This document shows positions 1 to 11,868 of a stretch of DNA of 64,000 bases, in pieces. The notes under the pieces were generated by a model. It had not been told where the DNA came from, made no database searches, and saw only the letters and a program-made list of their open reading frames with translations. The stretch covers positions 113,584,001-113,648,000 of the forward strand of contig NC_043001.1 in the NCBI RefSeq assembly GCF_006345805.1, written 5' to 3'. Every line of letters starts with the position of its first letter. Positions within the stretch are counted from its first letter, which is position 1. This DNA comes from Octopus sinensis. Lineage: Eukaryota. The position numbers were made by a program, and so were the translations under genes.

Positions 1-929
1 GAGCGGGGAAAGGAGAGAAGGTGGGAGAGAGTGAGAGGAAGGGGGAGAGAGAGGGAAAATTGGAGAGTCATGAAAAGAGATCTTTGCGCATGTGAAATGA
101 AGTGGATCAAATAAGTGTAGCGGATAGAGACAATAGAAGGATATAATAGAAATTGAAGACTTACAATATTGTTACACCCAGCTTCCCGTTGCTGCTCAAC
201 GGTCAATTATGAAAAACTGAATATGATATTTGGCTAACAGTAAGCGCTGAGTTCAACTACTTTGAATATAATAGCAGAACGGATACCGGTTGGATAATAT
301 ACAGTACCATAATCTTATTAGATAACGATATACTCGGTATTCAAAATTTATTAACTACCACTAGTGTTATTAGAAAATGTTATCTCATCGTAAGTGAAAT
401 GAAAGGTGTGTGCAGTTAATTATTTCCACTCTCACGTTTATATTCAGACATGAAACAGTTTTATGGTGTGTTAGGTATCTTGATAGCGTAAAATAATTTC
501 ACGGTGTAAGATACTTTGTAAATATTTGCAATTTTATTGGGTACATGTGTTATAAGTCTTTTGTTTGCTCCATCATTTTTCTTTCTATTTCTTTTCTTAT
601 AATATACGGGCTTTATCAGAATTTTGTGCAGATGTTAAATTCTTGCTTAGAGAGTTTGGTGAGATTCAGGATAAACGACAAAAATTTATGAGGTTTTACC
701 TTGCAATTTACATATACTTACATACAAACCCACTCATATACACATATGTAAGTTGATAAATAATATTCTGGACAAAATAAAGAGTTCAATACAGTAGTCT
801 GGCCAAACTGATGGCCACTGTACTGGACCATATATATATATATATATATTGTTTGAGGGCGAGTTATTATTAGGGGTGAGATGTATTTTATTTGCCTGTT
901 GGCTGTTATGTTTTATGTTGCTATTTTTC

Positions 930-1200
930 CTAGTTTCGTAGCTTATTATTGTTGATCGAGGCAGTGATGATAGTTAGGTTACTAGTTAGGCTATGACCTA
1001 CTCTAATTCAATTCTTAAAGATTTCTGAGTATTTGTTATTTAAGTTCAGGTGCTTATCTATAAGTCTCATTATGGAGTGAACTTTATTAGATTCAAGGTG
1101 CATCGCGAAGGGAATTATTAAACAGATCTTATCACTATTCCCTTTATTTTTAATATTATTATTTTTGGTGTAGAAGCTGTCCTCAGTATTCGTGTACAGT
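930..1200 (-). pseudogene. Degenerate Penelope-like element ORF remnant (RT to GIY-YIG linker region)
   Basis: Minus-strand translation KICLIIPFAMHLESNKVHSIMRLIDKHLNLNNKYSEIFKN*IRVGHSLTSNL resembles, from memory, the IIWFNPPFS..LIDKHF..KIFNRNTVKVSYS linker of Penelope-like ORFs. Contains stops. Confidence 0.4.
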
Positions 1201-1348
1201 GTAAAGTTGCTGCTATGATTATAATATTTCTTTCTATAGTTATTTTTATTATTGTTCTTTTAATGTTTATTGGGGTTAATTCTGTACGGTTTTCTTAAGT
1301 TATATGGCTTGGTGCTATCATTCTTAATTGGGGTTATATTGGTTCTTT

Positions 1349-1355
1349 GGGGTTC

Positions 1356-1424
<69 letters not shown>
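1349..1424. repeat. (TTA)n microsatellite
   Basis: Directly visible. Abuts the 3' end of a Dong-like fragment. Confidence 0.95.
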
Positions 1425-1425
<1 letters not shown>

Positions 1426-1808
1426 TATGTTTGACTTTTGCTTTATGTCTGTACAAGTTGGCTCCAAGTCTCACCCAGAGACCCCAAGAGACAACAGGTT
1501 GGAAGTTCTGTGCCATATATTTGGGGTTTTTTTTTGGTGTTGTACTAGTGAATGTCTAATACATAAGAATAAAAAATTAAAAAAAATAATAAAAGTTTGT
1601 TTTAAACCTTGGGATTACATAGAGAGTATTTTGCGTAGGATATGAGCAGTTCCCATGAGCACTATCTTTTGGATTTCTGCCATTTTGGGGTTTCCTGGTA
1701 TCTGAGTTAGGTAGCAATCAGTCCCTTTCGCTATCATTCCCAGGGCACCTATGACAACAGGTATTGTTTTAGTCTTCAGCTTCCACATTTTGCTGATTTC
1801 TATTTCTA

Positions 1809-1812
<4 letters not shown>
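1425..1812 (-). mobile_element. 5'-truncated R4/Dong-like RLE non-LTR retrotransposon, family D2 (3' end)
   Basis: Minus strand encodes IEIEISKMWKLKTKTIPVVIGALGMIAKGTDCYLTQIPGNPKMAEIQKIVLMGTAHILRKILSM*, the C-terminus of an RLE-type ORF, followed by a 3' UTR. Flanked by (TTA)n on both sides. Homologous to 26348-26730. Confidence 0.85.
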
Positions 1813-1878
<66 letters not shown>

Positions 1879-2524
1879 GTCGTGTTAGTATTCTTAATTC
1901 TATTAATTTTCATATTGTTGGTATTATTTTTGTTATCATTTTTAATGTTGTTAGTTATCGTATTGTGAATTTTATTATTTCTACTGTTTTTTGGTTATTA
2001 TTGGTGTTAATCTTATCTATGTTGTTTATATTACTTACTATGTCTTTGATTAATATATATACATACGTGTGTGTGTGTGTGAGTTTGTATTTATCTATGT
2101 AATTAAGCAGGCGGTTTGGTACTGATGTTAAAGCCCCAGACAAAATTCTTGTAATTATTGTGGCCCTTTGAGTTGTGTGTTCAAATTCTGCGTGGGTCAA
2201 ATTTACTTATCAGAATTCTTGGGAAAATACATAAATTATCAATCAAAAACTACATTCAATTCTTCTCCTTCTCTGTCTCATCTCCCCTCTCTCCTCCACC
2301 CCCAAAACAAAATCTGTTTCTGTCTACAAAGAGAGGATTGTGAAGGACCAGGAAATTAGGTAGAGCTGAGCTAGAGTCTAGAAAACATGTTATCGTCTAG
2401 CAGGTCATAAGATTGCTCTAAAAACCGGATATAGCAATCGCGGACAGACTAGTGTGATCTGGCGCAGCAACAAGTACTTTAATCCGCAAGTATATTCATA
2501 CATAAGTACGCATGTATGCTTATA

Positions 2525-2722
2525 GGCGCAGGAGTGGCTGTGTGGTAAGTAGCTTGCTAACCAACCACATGGTTCCGGGTTCAGTCCCACTGCATGGCAT
2601 CTTGGGCAAGTGTCTTCTGCTATAGCCCCGGGCCGACCAATGCCTTGTGAGTGGATTTGGTAGACGGAAACTGAAAGAAGCCTGTCGTATATATGTATGT
2701 ATATATATATGTGCCTGTCGTA

Positions 2723-2762
<40 letters not shown>

Positions 2763-2986
2763 TGTGTGTGTGTTTGTGTGTCTGTGTTTTCTCCCTAGCA
2801 TTGCTTAACAACCGATGCTGGTGTGTTTACGTCCCCGTCACTTAGCAGTTCGGCAAAAGAGACCAATAGAATAAGTACTGGGCTTACAAAAAATAAGTCC
2901 CGGGGTCGATTTGCTCGACTAAAGGTGGTGCTCCAGCATGTCCGCAGTCAAATGACTGAAACAAGTAAAAGAGTAAAGAGTAAGAG
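2525..2986 (+). mobile_element. tRNA-derived SINE family A, full length
   Basis: A-box-like TGGCTGTGTGG, B-box-like GGTTCAGTCCC, internal (TA)n(TG)n, and tail GGTGCTCCAGCATG..CAGTCAAATGACTGAAACAAGTAAAAGAG. More than 12 copies in the window. Confidence 0.9.
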
Positions 2987-3275
2987 TATATGTATATATG
3001 TATCTTTTCGTGCGTGTTTGTACATTAATGTGACACAGTCGTATATATCACATATACAAACATATTGTAGTAGAAGTTTTACGAGCTTTGCCCGTTATTT
3101 ATATAATTCGCTCACGATGACATCTTAAAATAATGGAAAATAATATTCTGGTGTACATGTTTCCATTCCTTTACAACATTTATAGATTTCGGTTTTCGTG
3201 ACTCAAATAAAGAACAGAATGTTTTTTGTCAAATGTCTAATATTTCTACATTCTCTCTTATGCCTATTTCCCGTA

Positions 3276-3277
<2 letters not shown>

Positions 3278-3338
<61 letters not shown>

Positions 3339-3395
3339 CATCATTATTATTATATTATATTATTATTATTATTATTATTATTATCATTATTATTA

Positions 3396-3446
<51 letters not shown>

Positions 3447-3539
3447 TAGTTTTATTTTTATAGCGTGCTTTCACTTCACTACCGAGCGCAGCTCTGTGTG
3501 CCTTGGGTATGTGCTGTGATTTGTTGTGATGCTCTGATG

Positions 3540-3605
<66 letters not shown>

Positions 3606-3665
3606 CATCATTATTATATTATTATATTATTATTATATTATTATTATTATATTATATTATTATTA

Positions 3666-3702
<37 letters not shown>

Positions 3703-3748
3703 CATCATCATCATCATCATCCTCATCATCATCATCATCATCATCATC

Positions 3749-3786
<38 letters not shown>

Positions 3787-3800
3787 CATAATAATAATAA
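3278..3800. repeat. Compound (TTA)n/(TCA)n/(TAA)n array interrupted by a Dong-like 3' end
   Basis: Directly visible. Array polarity switches near 3750. Confidence 0.95.
3444..3541 (-). mobile_element. Dong-like family D1, 3' UTR only
   Basis: Reverse complement of 5823-5920 (..GCTCGGTAGTGAAGTGAAAGCACGCT..AAAATAAAACTACTG), embedded in (TTA)n. Confidence 0.85.
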
Positions 3801-3993
3801 TGATAATAGTAAATATAATAATAATAAAAATATTATCTGGAAACTTCAAAAATCAACAACATGGATATATTGTGAAAGTAAAAATGTTAGATTTATGTAA
3901 TTAAATTCAATTTTCTGTTTGTAGGATGGCACCAACTTTTACACGATCTAGGCGGAAGAATGAACAGTAACAGCAGCAGCAGTAGTAGTAGTG

Positions 3994-4024
<31 letters not shown>

Positions 4025-4059
4025 AAGTATTAGTAGTCATACTTTGTACTAAATACGCA

Positions 4060-4228
4060 TTTGGGGCGATTACATCAACCGCCGTGCTCAACTGGTGCTT
4101 ATTTTCTTGACCACGAAAAGACGAAAGGCAAATCAACCTTGGCGGTAACTGAACACAGAACGTAAAGTCGGGCGAAATGCCACTAAACATTTTGCCCCGC
4201 CTGATGACAATTCTGCCAGCTTGCCGCC
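4060..4228 (-). mobile_element. SINE family B, diverged copy
   Basis: Reverse complement gives GGCGGCAAGCTGGCAGAATTGTC.. head plus a diverged version of the central GACTTTGCCTTTCATCC motif of other family B copies. Confidence 0.7.
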
Positions 4229-4229
4229 A

Positions 4230-4244
4230 ATAATAATAATAATG

Positions 4245-4276
<32 letters not shown>

Positions 4277-4356
4277 TAATAATAATAATAATAATAGTAA
4301 TAATAATAATAGTAATAGTAGTAATAATAATAGTAATAATAATAGTAATAATAATA

Positions 4357-4394
<38 letters not shown>

Positions 4395-4421
4395 TATTAT
4401 TATTATTATAATTATAATAAT

Positions 4422-4452
<31 letters not shown>

Positions 4453-4542
4453 GTAATAGTAGTAATAATAATAGTAATAATAGTAATAATAATAATAGTA
4501 ATAATAATAATGGTGATGATAATAATGATGATGATGATGATG

Positions 4543-4578
<36 letters not shown>

Positions 4579-4715
4579 TAATAATAATATTAATAATAAT
4601 AATAGTAATAATAATAATGGTGATGATAATAATGATGATGATGATGATAATAATAATAATGATAACAATAATAACAACAACAACAGCAACAACAATAACA
4701 ATAATAACAATAATA

Positions 4716-4756
<41 letters not shown>

Positions 4757-4761
4757 TAATG

Positions 4762-4819
<58 letters not shown>
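4230..4819. repeat. (AAT)n compound microsatellite
   Basis: Directly visible, with AGT/GAT/AAC variant units. Confidence 0.95.
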
Positions 4820-5920
4820 GGAGAGAACACCGGGGACGGGAGAGAACACCGGGGACGGGAGAGAACACCGGGGACGGGAGAGAACACCGGGGACGGGAGA
4901 GAACACCGGGGACGTTTAAGATGTAAGAAGGAAAATTCAGAGCTCCGAAATCTATCCACAAACATCGAAAACAAGGACATCCTATGGAGCCAAAGTTTTC
5001 CTAACAAAGAATTGGACTGTATCCGAGTAAGTAATACTAATTGAAATTTATTACTATTTTCGAAACGAAATGATGTATTTTGACTCGATATCATCTCCGC
5101 CTCTAACGCAACACATGTAAACATGCGTGGAACATCACGATCATCTCCGACCTCAAACACCATGTACAAAGGAACTACGAAGAAATTAAATGCCACCGAT
5201 ACTATTCAACCCAAGAATAACAATCGAGCGGTACGTACATTAAACTTACAACAAAAAATGTACGAAAAACTACACGTGCGAAATAATGAGACAACAGAAA
5301 TAAACGGACCGGTACCCTACGAAAATGACGACCGTCAAAATAATGGGCCGGACGTTGTACCTCATGTCCCGCAAATAAAACCCAAAAGACGTAAATGGAC
5401 ACGTGAGGAATACATTTCTATCTTACACGCATACTTCACAGCAGTACTCTACCCAAAAAATGAAAATACAACAACACATACATATAAAATATGGAAGGAA
5501 AATAATAGAGATATAGACTTGGATACAGCAATGAACCCTAATAAATTAGCTAAAGTACGAAGATACATTCTCAACACAAAAAAATATCAGAAATAGAAAT
5601 AGAACACCTAAAAGAAAACATACACCAGGAAAATGTAGATAGAAGCCACACAACAATGCCCAATAATATAAACACTGAAACTGTAAAACACGAAGACAAA
5701 CGCAACATTCCCAACAAACACGACATAACAAAAACACCAGGACTTACAAACACATATAACATACAGAAAATTGCACTACTAGGCACTGCACACATCCTAC
5801 GAAGAACACTTTCCATACAATAACCATCAGAGCATCACAACAAATCACAGCACATACCCAAGGCACACAGAGCTGTGCTCGGTAGTGAAGTGAAAGCACG
5901 CTCTAAAAATAAAACTACTG
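4820..5920 (+). mobile_element. Internally deleted (RT-less) R4/Dong-like element, family D1: 5' UTR + N-terminal ORF fused to last ~30 codons + 3' UTR
   Basis: ORF 5123-5596 has KRRKWTREEYISILHAYF..KLAKVRRYIL. After a frameshift in an A-run it continues ISEIEIEHLKENI..ITKTPGLTNTYNIQKIALLGTAHILRRTLSIQ*. No RT, CCHC or PD..D motifs between the two parts. Flanked by (AAT)n. Confidence 0.75.
4821..4914 (+). repeat. 19-bp tandem repeat x5 (GAGAGAACACCGGGGACGG)
   Basis: Units start at 4821, 4840, 4859, 4878 and 4897. Confidence 0.95.
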
Positions 5921-5970
5921 AATAATAATAATAATAATAATATTAATAATAATAATAATAATAATAATAA

Positions 5971-6526
5971 ATGCTCTGATGCAGTACCAGGCAGTGGCTC
6001 TCATGGCTTCTGATCTTAACTGATTGGAAGTGTTAACATGTACATTGTTTTGTCTTGGTTTAAAAGATGGGCTACAGCAAATATTCAGCTCAATACCACA
6101 GATTTGCTTCTCAGTTGTTTGACCTTAACCAGTTGAGCATGTCCCTTAATGGCTGACGATATGTGCATCTCTGATCACGAGCAGAAGTAGTGGGGGAGCA
6201 TCATAGCCATGTGTTGAAAGGAATTCTTTGGGGTTTGAATAATTCACCTCTGGAAACATGGGTGTTTCGTTCAACGTCCTTAAACAACCCTTATTCATGG
6301 ACCTTTTGAGCGGGATGGGTTACTCGATCTGAAGAAAATTCTAACTGGGCTCCACCTGCAAGGTCATGTGCTGTTTATCTTAATATGAGATCACCATGTC
6401 GTGCACATATGGTTGTGATGCATGTGCCTGGTGTACCTTTATCAGACGGGTAGTCATGATGGGTATATTGGGCTTCGTATATTTTACCCCAGTGTCACTT
6501 TGATGGCATGAGCTGCTCTCTCACTC
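5971..6526 (+). mobile_element. Non-coding interspersed element X in (AAT)n
   Basis: Second, 5'-truncated copy at 59421-59750 shares the 3' end GCTCTCTCA(C/T)TCAAT. No convincing ORF. Confidence 0.7.
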
Positions 6527-6576
<50 letters not shown>

Positions 6577-6954
6577 CGATGATAACAATAATCCTTTATA
6601 CTTTATACTGCTATAATGGTAGTAGAAAGGATTACAAAAAGAAGAGTGCCATTGCTATCATGTGAACGATATTTCGGCATCTAGTGTGCCTTCCACCGGT
6701 TCAAAAAATAAATTAACTTGAAAGATTTTTGCTCTCCTTCATAACATCTTTCATGGTTTTCAACGAGCCTTAGTATCCGGTCGTTAGATGTTTCAAGATT
6801 CAATTGTGGTGGTTTCAAGTCTAATTGTGGTGGTTTCGTAGGAAATTTCAAACTAGATCAAGCCTCGATCTCCTTAAGCTCTGGATAGTAAAGATGATCT
6901 ACATCTGTCTTTGGGTGGTGCATCTTATTGCAAATCAGCAGCTTACGGATTTTG

Positions 6955-6996
<42 letters not shown>

Positions 6997-6999
<3 letters not shown>

Positions 7000-7184
7000 T
7001 AGTTTTATTTTTATAACGTGCTTTCACTTCACTACCGAGCGCAGCTCTGTGTGCCTTGGGTATGAGCTGTGATTTGTTGTGATGCTCTGATGGTTACTGT
7101 ATTGAAAGTGTTTTGTGTAGGATGTGTGCAGTGCCCAGTAGTGCAATTTTCTGTATATTATATATATTTGTAAGTCCTGGTGTT

Positions 7185-7190
<6 letters not shown>
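6997..7190 (-). mobile_element. Dong-like family D1, 3' ~190 bp
   Basis: Reverse complement of 5726-5920. (TTA)n on both sides. Confidence 0.85.
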
Positions 7191-7253
<63 letters not shown>

Positions 7254-7449
7254 TGATGAAAACTCTCAATGGTAATGATAATAATAATAATAATAATATT
7301 AATAATAACAATAATAACAACAACAACAATGCTAACAACGACGACAATGATGATGATTTTCTAAAATTTTCTTCTAATTGTGTGACCATGTTCTTAACTT
7401 CTACCTATACAATTTGAAGAAAAAGTATTCGTCGACACCATTGACTGAT

Positions 7450-7700
7450 GTTTTATTTCTCAACAAGGATGAAAGTTAATGTTGACCGCAGAGCGATTTG
7501 CACTCTGAGCATAAAGGACCATGATTACATACTGCCTGTTATTTTGTACGGCTGTCAAACGATTCTGCCGTTTAACAGTATCGATTTATTAAAATCAGCA
7601 CAAGGCAACATGTTGAAAAAAGTCTATTAGTCGATCAAATCAATCTCAAAACTTAAGTGGCGCTTATAAGACTGACGCACGAAAAGAAAAAATATCGAAG
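7450..7700 (+). pseudogene. Possible old LINE ORF2 remnant (post-RT region)
   Basis: ILPVILYGCQTILPFNSIDLLKSAQGNMLKK resembles the PVLLYGCETW..L..L..Q..MLR pattern downstream of LINE RT domains. Confidence 0.3.
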
Positions 7701-8299
7701 TTTACCTCGTCTGGAATTAAACCTAGATTGACATGACATATAACTAAATACCTGAAAGCATTTTGACTGACAGACTACCGATTACATCGCGTACGCTCCT
7801 CTCAAGTATTTATACAGATATCAATCATAGACACAAGATCGCACGTGTTGCGGCAGGATGTATCCTCGGTTAATCAGAATTAGTTCACGAATGATACTTT
7901 GTGAACTTGCAGCTTAATCTTAACTGAATTAATTCCATAAAGGATGTATAACAACCTGCGTCAGTGTTATTTGTTTCTAGAAGACCAGAAAGTGCGTTGC
8001 AAAGTCCCGTGTAGTAGCAACTATCAATTACTAATCAACAAAGCGTAATCAAAGACTTTAGTAAAAGAAAGTATTTCATTATGTTATGAACAAAGAACGA
8101 GGTTTTTGATAGCGTTGACAACAAGTAACTTAAGGGAAGATTGTATGAATAAGGTACTAAAAATATTGAGCATGTAATTCAAGTATATCATGGAGAACTG
8201 AAGAAGGGGAATATTCTTTATATTGTATGTCTTGTTTCTCTGTTTGATTTTTTCGTTGTTCGAAAAATAATTCGTTTCTATGTTTTTGTTTTTATGTTT

Positions 8300-8540
8300 T
8301 CGTTTCTCATTGAGTTCAACGTTTTTTCATGTCCTGTACCCATATCTGCATATAGCTCCTACACGCATTTTTTTTCTCTCCTTGTTTCTCGCCTTGTTTT
8401 TTTCTGTGTATCTTTCTGTCTTTGAGCGTAGGTTCGAAACGTAAAAGACTTTTTCTATTCCTGAGCGCTATACTAATACATTTGTTTGTTTGTACTCCAC
8501 CTGCCTTCGTCTTTTGTTTATTTTCGTAAACTTTCCCTTT
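8300..8540 (+). mobile_element. Penelope-like terminal element family P3 with degenerate hammerhead (8411-8448)
   Basis: Reverse complement of 22575-22792. TCTTT CTGTCTTT GAGCGTAGGTTC GAAAC GTA AAAGA. Confidence 0.6.
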
Positions 8541-8587
8541 ATGTAGGTATGTACATATATGTATGTATATACGCATATATTTATATA

Positions 8588-8970
8588 CTCTTTTACTCTT
8601 TTACTTGTTTCAGTCATTTGACTGCGGCCATGCTGGAGCACCGCCTTTAGTCGAGCACGTCGACCCCGGGACTTATTCTTTGTAAGCCCAGTACTTATTC
8701 TATCGGTCTCTTTTTGCCGAACCGTTAAGTGACGGGGACGTAAACACACCAGCATCAGTTGTCAAGCAATGCTAGGGGGACAAACACACACACACATATA
8801 TATACATATATACGACAGGCTTCTTTCAGTTTCCGTCTACCAAATCCACTCACAAGGCATTGGTCGGCCCGGGGCTATAGCAGAAGACACTTGCCCAAGA
8901 TGCCACGCAGTGGGACTGAACCCGGAACCATGTGGTTGGTTAGCAAGCTACTTACCACACAGCCACTCCT
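8588..8970 (-). mobile_element. SINE family A, near full length
   Basis: Reverse complement of the family A consensus, lacking only a few head bases. Confidence 0.9.
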
Positions 8971-10099
8971 TATTTATATTTATATGATCGAACGCCACGC
9001 ATCCTTTTCCAAGTAGGTTTTATCTCAAGTATGTCATGTTTCGTAAAGCAGAACGGATGCGGATGCAAAAGACACGAAAAAACAAATATTTTTTTCTTTT
9101 TTTTGCGAATGGGTGACTTCAAGATGAATGCAGCAGAAGAGAAAAATAACTAGAAACACTGCTGCAAATTTATTTGAAGAATTAATGTTATGAAATTCGA
9201 TAGAGAAAAATATTTCAAATATCATTGAAAAATTGAAAATTAGTTTAAAACTAATAAGGTATGTGAATAAACACAAGTAAATGTAAGACGGACATGTCAA
9301 TAGGTTGAAATTAATAAACTAGAGTATAGGAACGACAAATTGAAAGAAAATAGTTAAGGGAGAAATATCATAAACACATTAGATTAATACTTAAAACCAA
9401 GTTAGCAATCTAGTAGATGTTCCTGCAGTGAGCGACAGTTAATTATCCACAGTTGCTCGTTAAGTCTAGACAGGAAAACAAGAACAATATTCATTGCATT
9501 TCCAATAAAGAATCCAGAATATGACGCAGAGATATTATATAGTTTGCTCGAATACTATCTCTATATAATAATAGCCGATGTAAATGTTGATTAGTTGGTT
9601 GGTAGATTTCTTCAGTCACACTTTACATCAAACTGAGAAAGAAAGGGAAAGAAATAGAAACACAGGAAAAGATAACATTAGATGTGCAAAGTGAATTTTC
9701 GGTGGCAGACAATGAATAAATGAACGCCATACACGCGAGATTTACGAAGAGATGGTAAGAATCATAGAGGCAGGGTAAGAGAAGAAGAGAAATGCAAAGT
9801 AGTTAGATAAGAGTATAAACAAATGAGAAATTTGTTTTAAATTTCATGAAGCAATGAATATTTTTCTCCTGAAAATTACTGCTTATTCAATGATTTTGTA
9901 TAAGGACCAGGAAAGTTTTATGGAAGTTAAATTATAGTTATTGTATGTATATCATAAATTCCTGTTCTTATCAAAGGTGGTAAAATTATACTTAGAATGT
10001 AACTCTACTACTTTATTTCATATATAATTTACCACTAGGGCAGTACACAGAGTAGCTGCGGGCTGGACAAAAAACATTAATGAATGATGGTGATGGACA

Positions 10100-10750
10100 A
10101 GGATGGTGATGGGAGAAGACGAAAGCGCCCGCCGACTTCTGCTTCTCTAAGACATTGTTCTTTTTTTCAAAAATTTTACAAAAATTTCCAAAATTTTACA
10201 TATGTTATAAGAGGCAATAATCCTCTTTCTCAATACAAAAATGTTCAATAGGTTTACGTTACCCGGCCGACCAGCCCTCTTGCTTCATCGAGGCAATCGT
10301 TCTTCGTCAGGTCTTTATATACAGGTATGAATTGAAATGAGTCCTCTGGGAAGGAATACGCGATCCTGCACAGATCGTTATCGAGTAGGACCTCCGCAGC
10401 CAGCTGCGAAGGCCACTCGGGGTCCTCCGTGCAGGACCGAAGTCCCTCCCATTGGCCTCTCTTTCTCATCTTACATATTTTCTTTTCTAATGTTCCTCTT
10501 TGAAGTAGAGGACTACATATTGTTTCTCCGGCGGCACACCCGCCGGAGGAGACTTGGGAGACGCCGTCTGCGTGTTACAATCCGCCGGCGGTGTCCCGTT
10601 TCTCTTTTTCTTTTTCTTTTTACCTTGGGCCTCGGGAGGTTGAGGTTCCGGTGTTGTACACACCGGGTTCTCTTTTTCTCCCGCAGCTTCCGGTTCTTTT
10701 GGTGGGTCGCCATTGCTCCCCACTTTGTAACTCTACTACTTAAACATCTA
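10100..10750 (-). pseudogene. Frameshifted coding-like fragment, possibly ORF1 of a non-LTR element
   Basis: GC-richer island. ORFs 10487-10723 (Pro/Lys-rich, GKKKKKKR) and 10254-10469 are consecutive on the minus strand. No family motif recognised. Confidence 0.3.
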
Positions 10751-11619
10751 GTGTAGAACCATGCACGCATGGACACACACACACGCGCACATACACGTAC
10801 CACGCACGTGCTGCGCGCACACAGACTCATAGAAAGACACATACAAGCATATATATTATATTTCTTTGTTTTTATGTTCAGTTACAAAAAATACAATTTT
10901 ACATTAATCTGATGGGTTACTCTGTACTTTTGTAGAGTCTATATTTATTATGTATTATTCTTAAATTTATAATTCTTAAACATGAATCTATACATATATA
11001 ATGTAACTTTATAAATTTATTCTTAAACGCCAATGTATACACATAAATATAAACAATTATATGCATATATACACAACTATACACACACACATACACACAC
11101 ACACACGTATATGCGTCTGTGTGTGTGTGAGAGCACTCATGGTGTGGGGTTAATTGGATGCCTTCGTTAATACGAGTTTTCGGGTTCAGCTGTTACTGCA
11201 CGGTACCTTTGCCACGTATATTCTGCTATAAACCCGGAACGACCCAATGCCGTTTATGTGTATTTTGAACGAAGGAAACTGTGTGGAAGCCCGACACGTA
11301 TGTGAGCATTCTGTGTTCCTGCTTATACATCGTGGTTATATAGCGCTCCGACAGAAAATGGGAATGGCTGGAATAAATAATTTATGTCGTGCTATTTTGA
11401 TCAATATCATGAGCAAAATCAGTAAAAGAAAAAAAGTACACACGCACGCATGCACGTACGCACACACACATACACAAAACGCAGACAGAGTAGGATATTC
11501 AAGTCGTACTGCAAGTGATTTGATCTGATTTCGGATCGTGGACATTGCTGGAATGTTCATTTTGTCCCTATAACTACATCAAAAATAGTTTCTGGGTCTG
11601 GTGTCTCTGGTGTTCTTGG

Positions 11620-11681
<62 letters not shown>

Positions 11682-11691
11682 TTTTATATTT

Positions 11692-11850
11692 ACCGCCACC
11701 TTAGGGAGTCTTGTTTGTTTGTTTGTTCGTTCGTAGACAAAATATCTCAAGAACGACTGGATGGATTCGGATGAAACTTGGCCTCGTGACAGGGCACGAT
11801 TTGGGGATCGATCCAGCACCGGTCAAAGATTCTGGATTATTTCTCCTTTT
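11692..11850 (+). mobile_element. Helentron/DINE-1-like non-autonomous element fragment
   Basis: (TTTG)n followed by ATCTCAAGAACGACTGGATGGATTCGGATGAAACTTGG, a layout typical of DINE-1/HINE-like repeats. Confidence 0.4.
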
Positions 11851-11868
11851 AATTTCTTTTTCTTGCAT

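Noticed and set aside
2525-2600. tRNA-like heads with A and B boxes (also at 20924, 36035, 54840 and others)
   Set aside because: They continue into SINE bodies and lack a proper acceptor stem, so they are not tRNA genes.
3925-3966. Possible micro-exon after TTTTCTGTTTGTAG (WHQLLHDLGGRMN)
   Set aside because: The donor is weak, the segment is short and there is no supporting homology.
4821-4914. Regular repeats considered as a CRISPR array (also 20353-20808)
   Set aside because: Units are directly tandem with no unique spacers, there are no cas genes, and the context is eukaryotic.
1328-4961. Long poly-I/Y/L/N ORFs such as 4183-5196 (337 aa)
   Set aside because: They are translations of trinucleotide microsatellites, which are stop-free in some frames. 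They are not genes.
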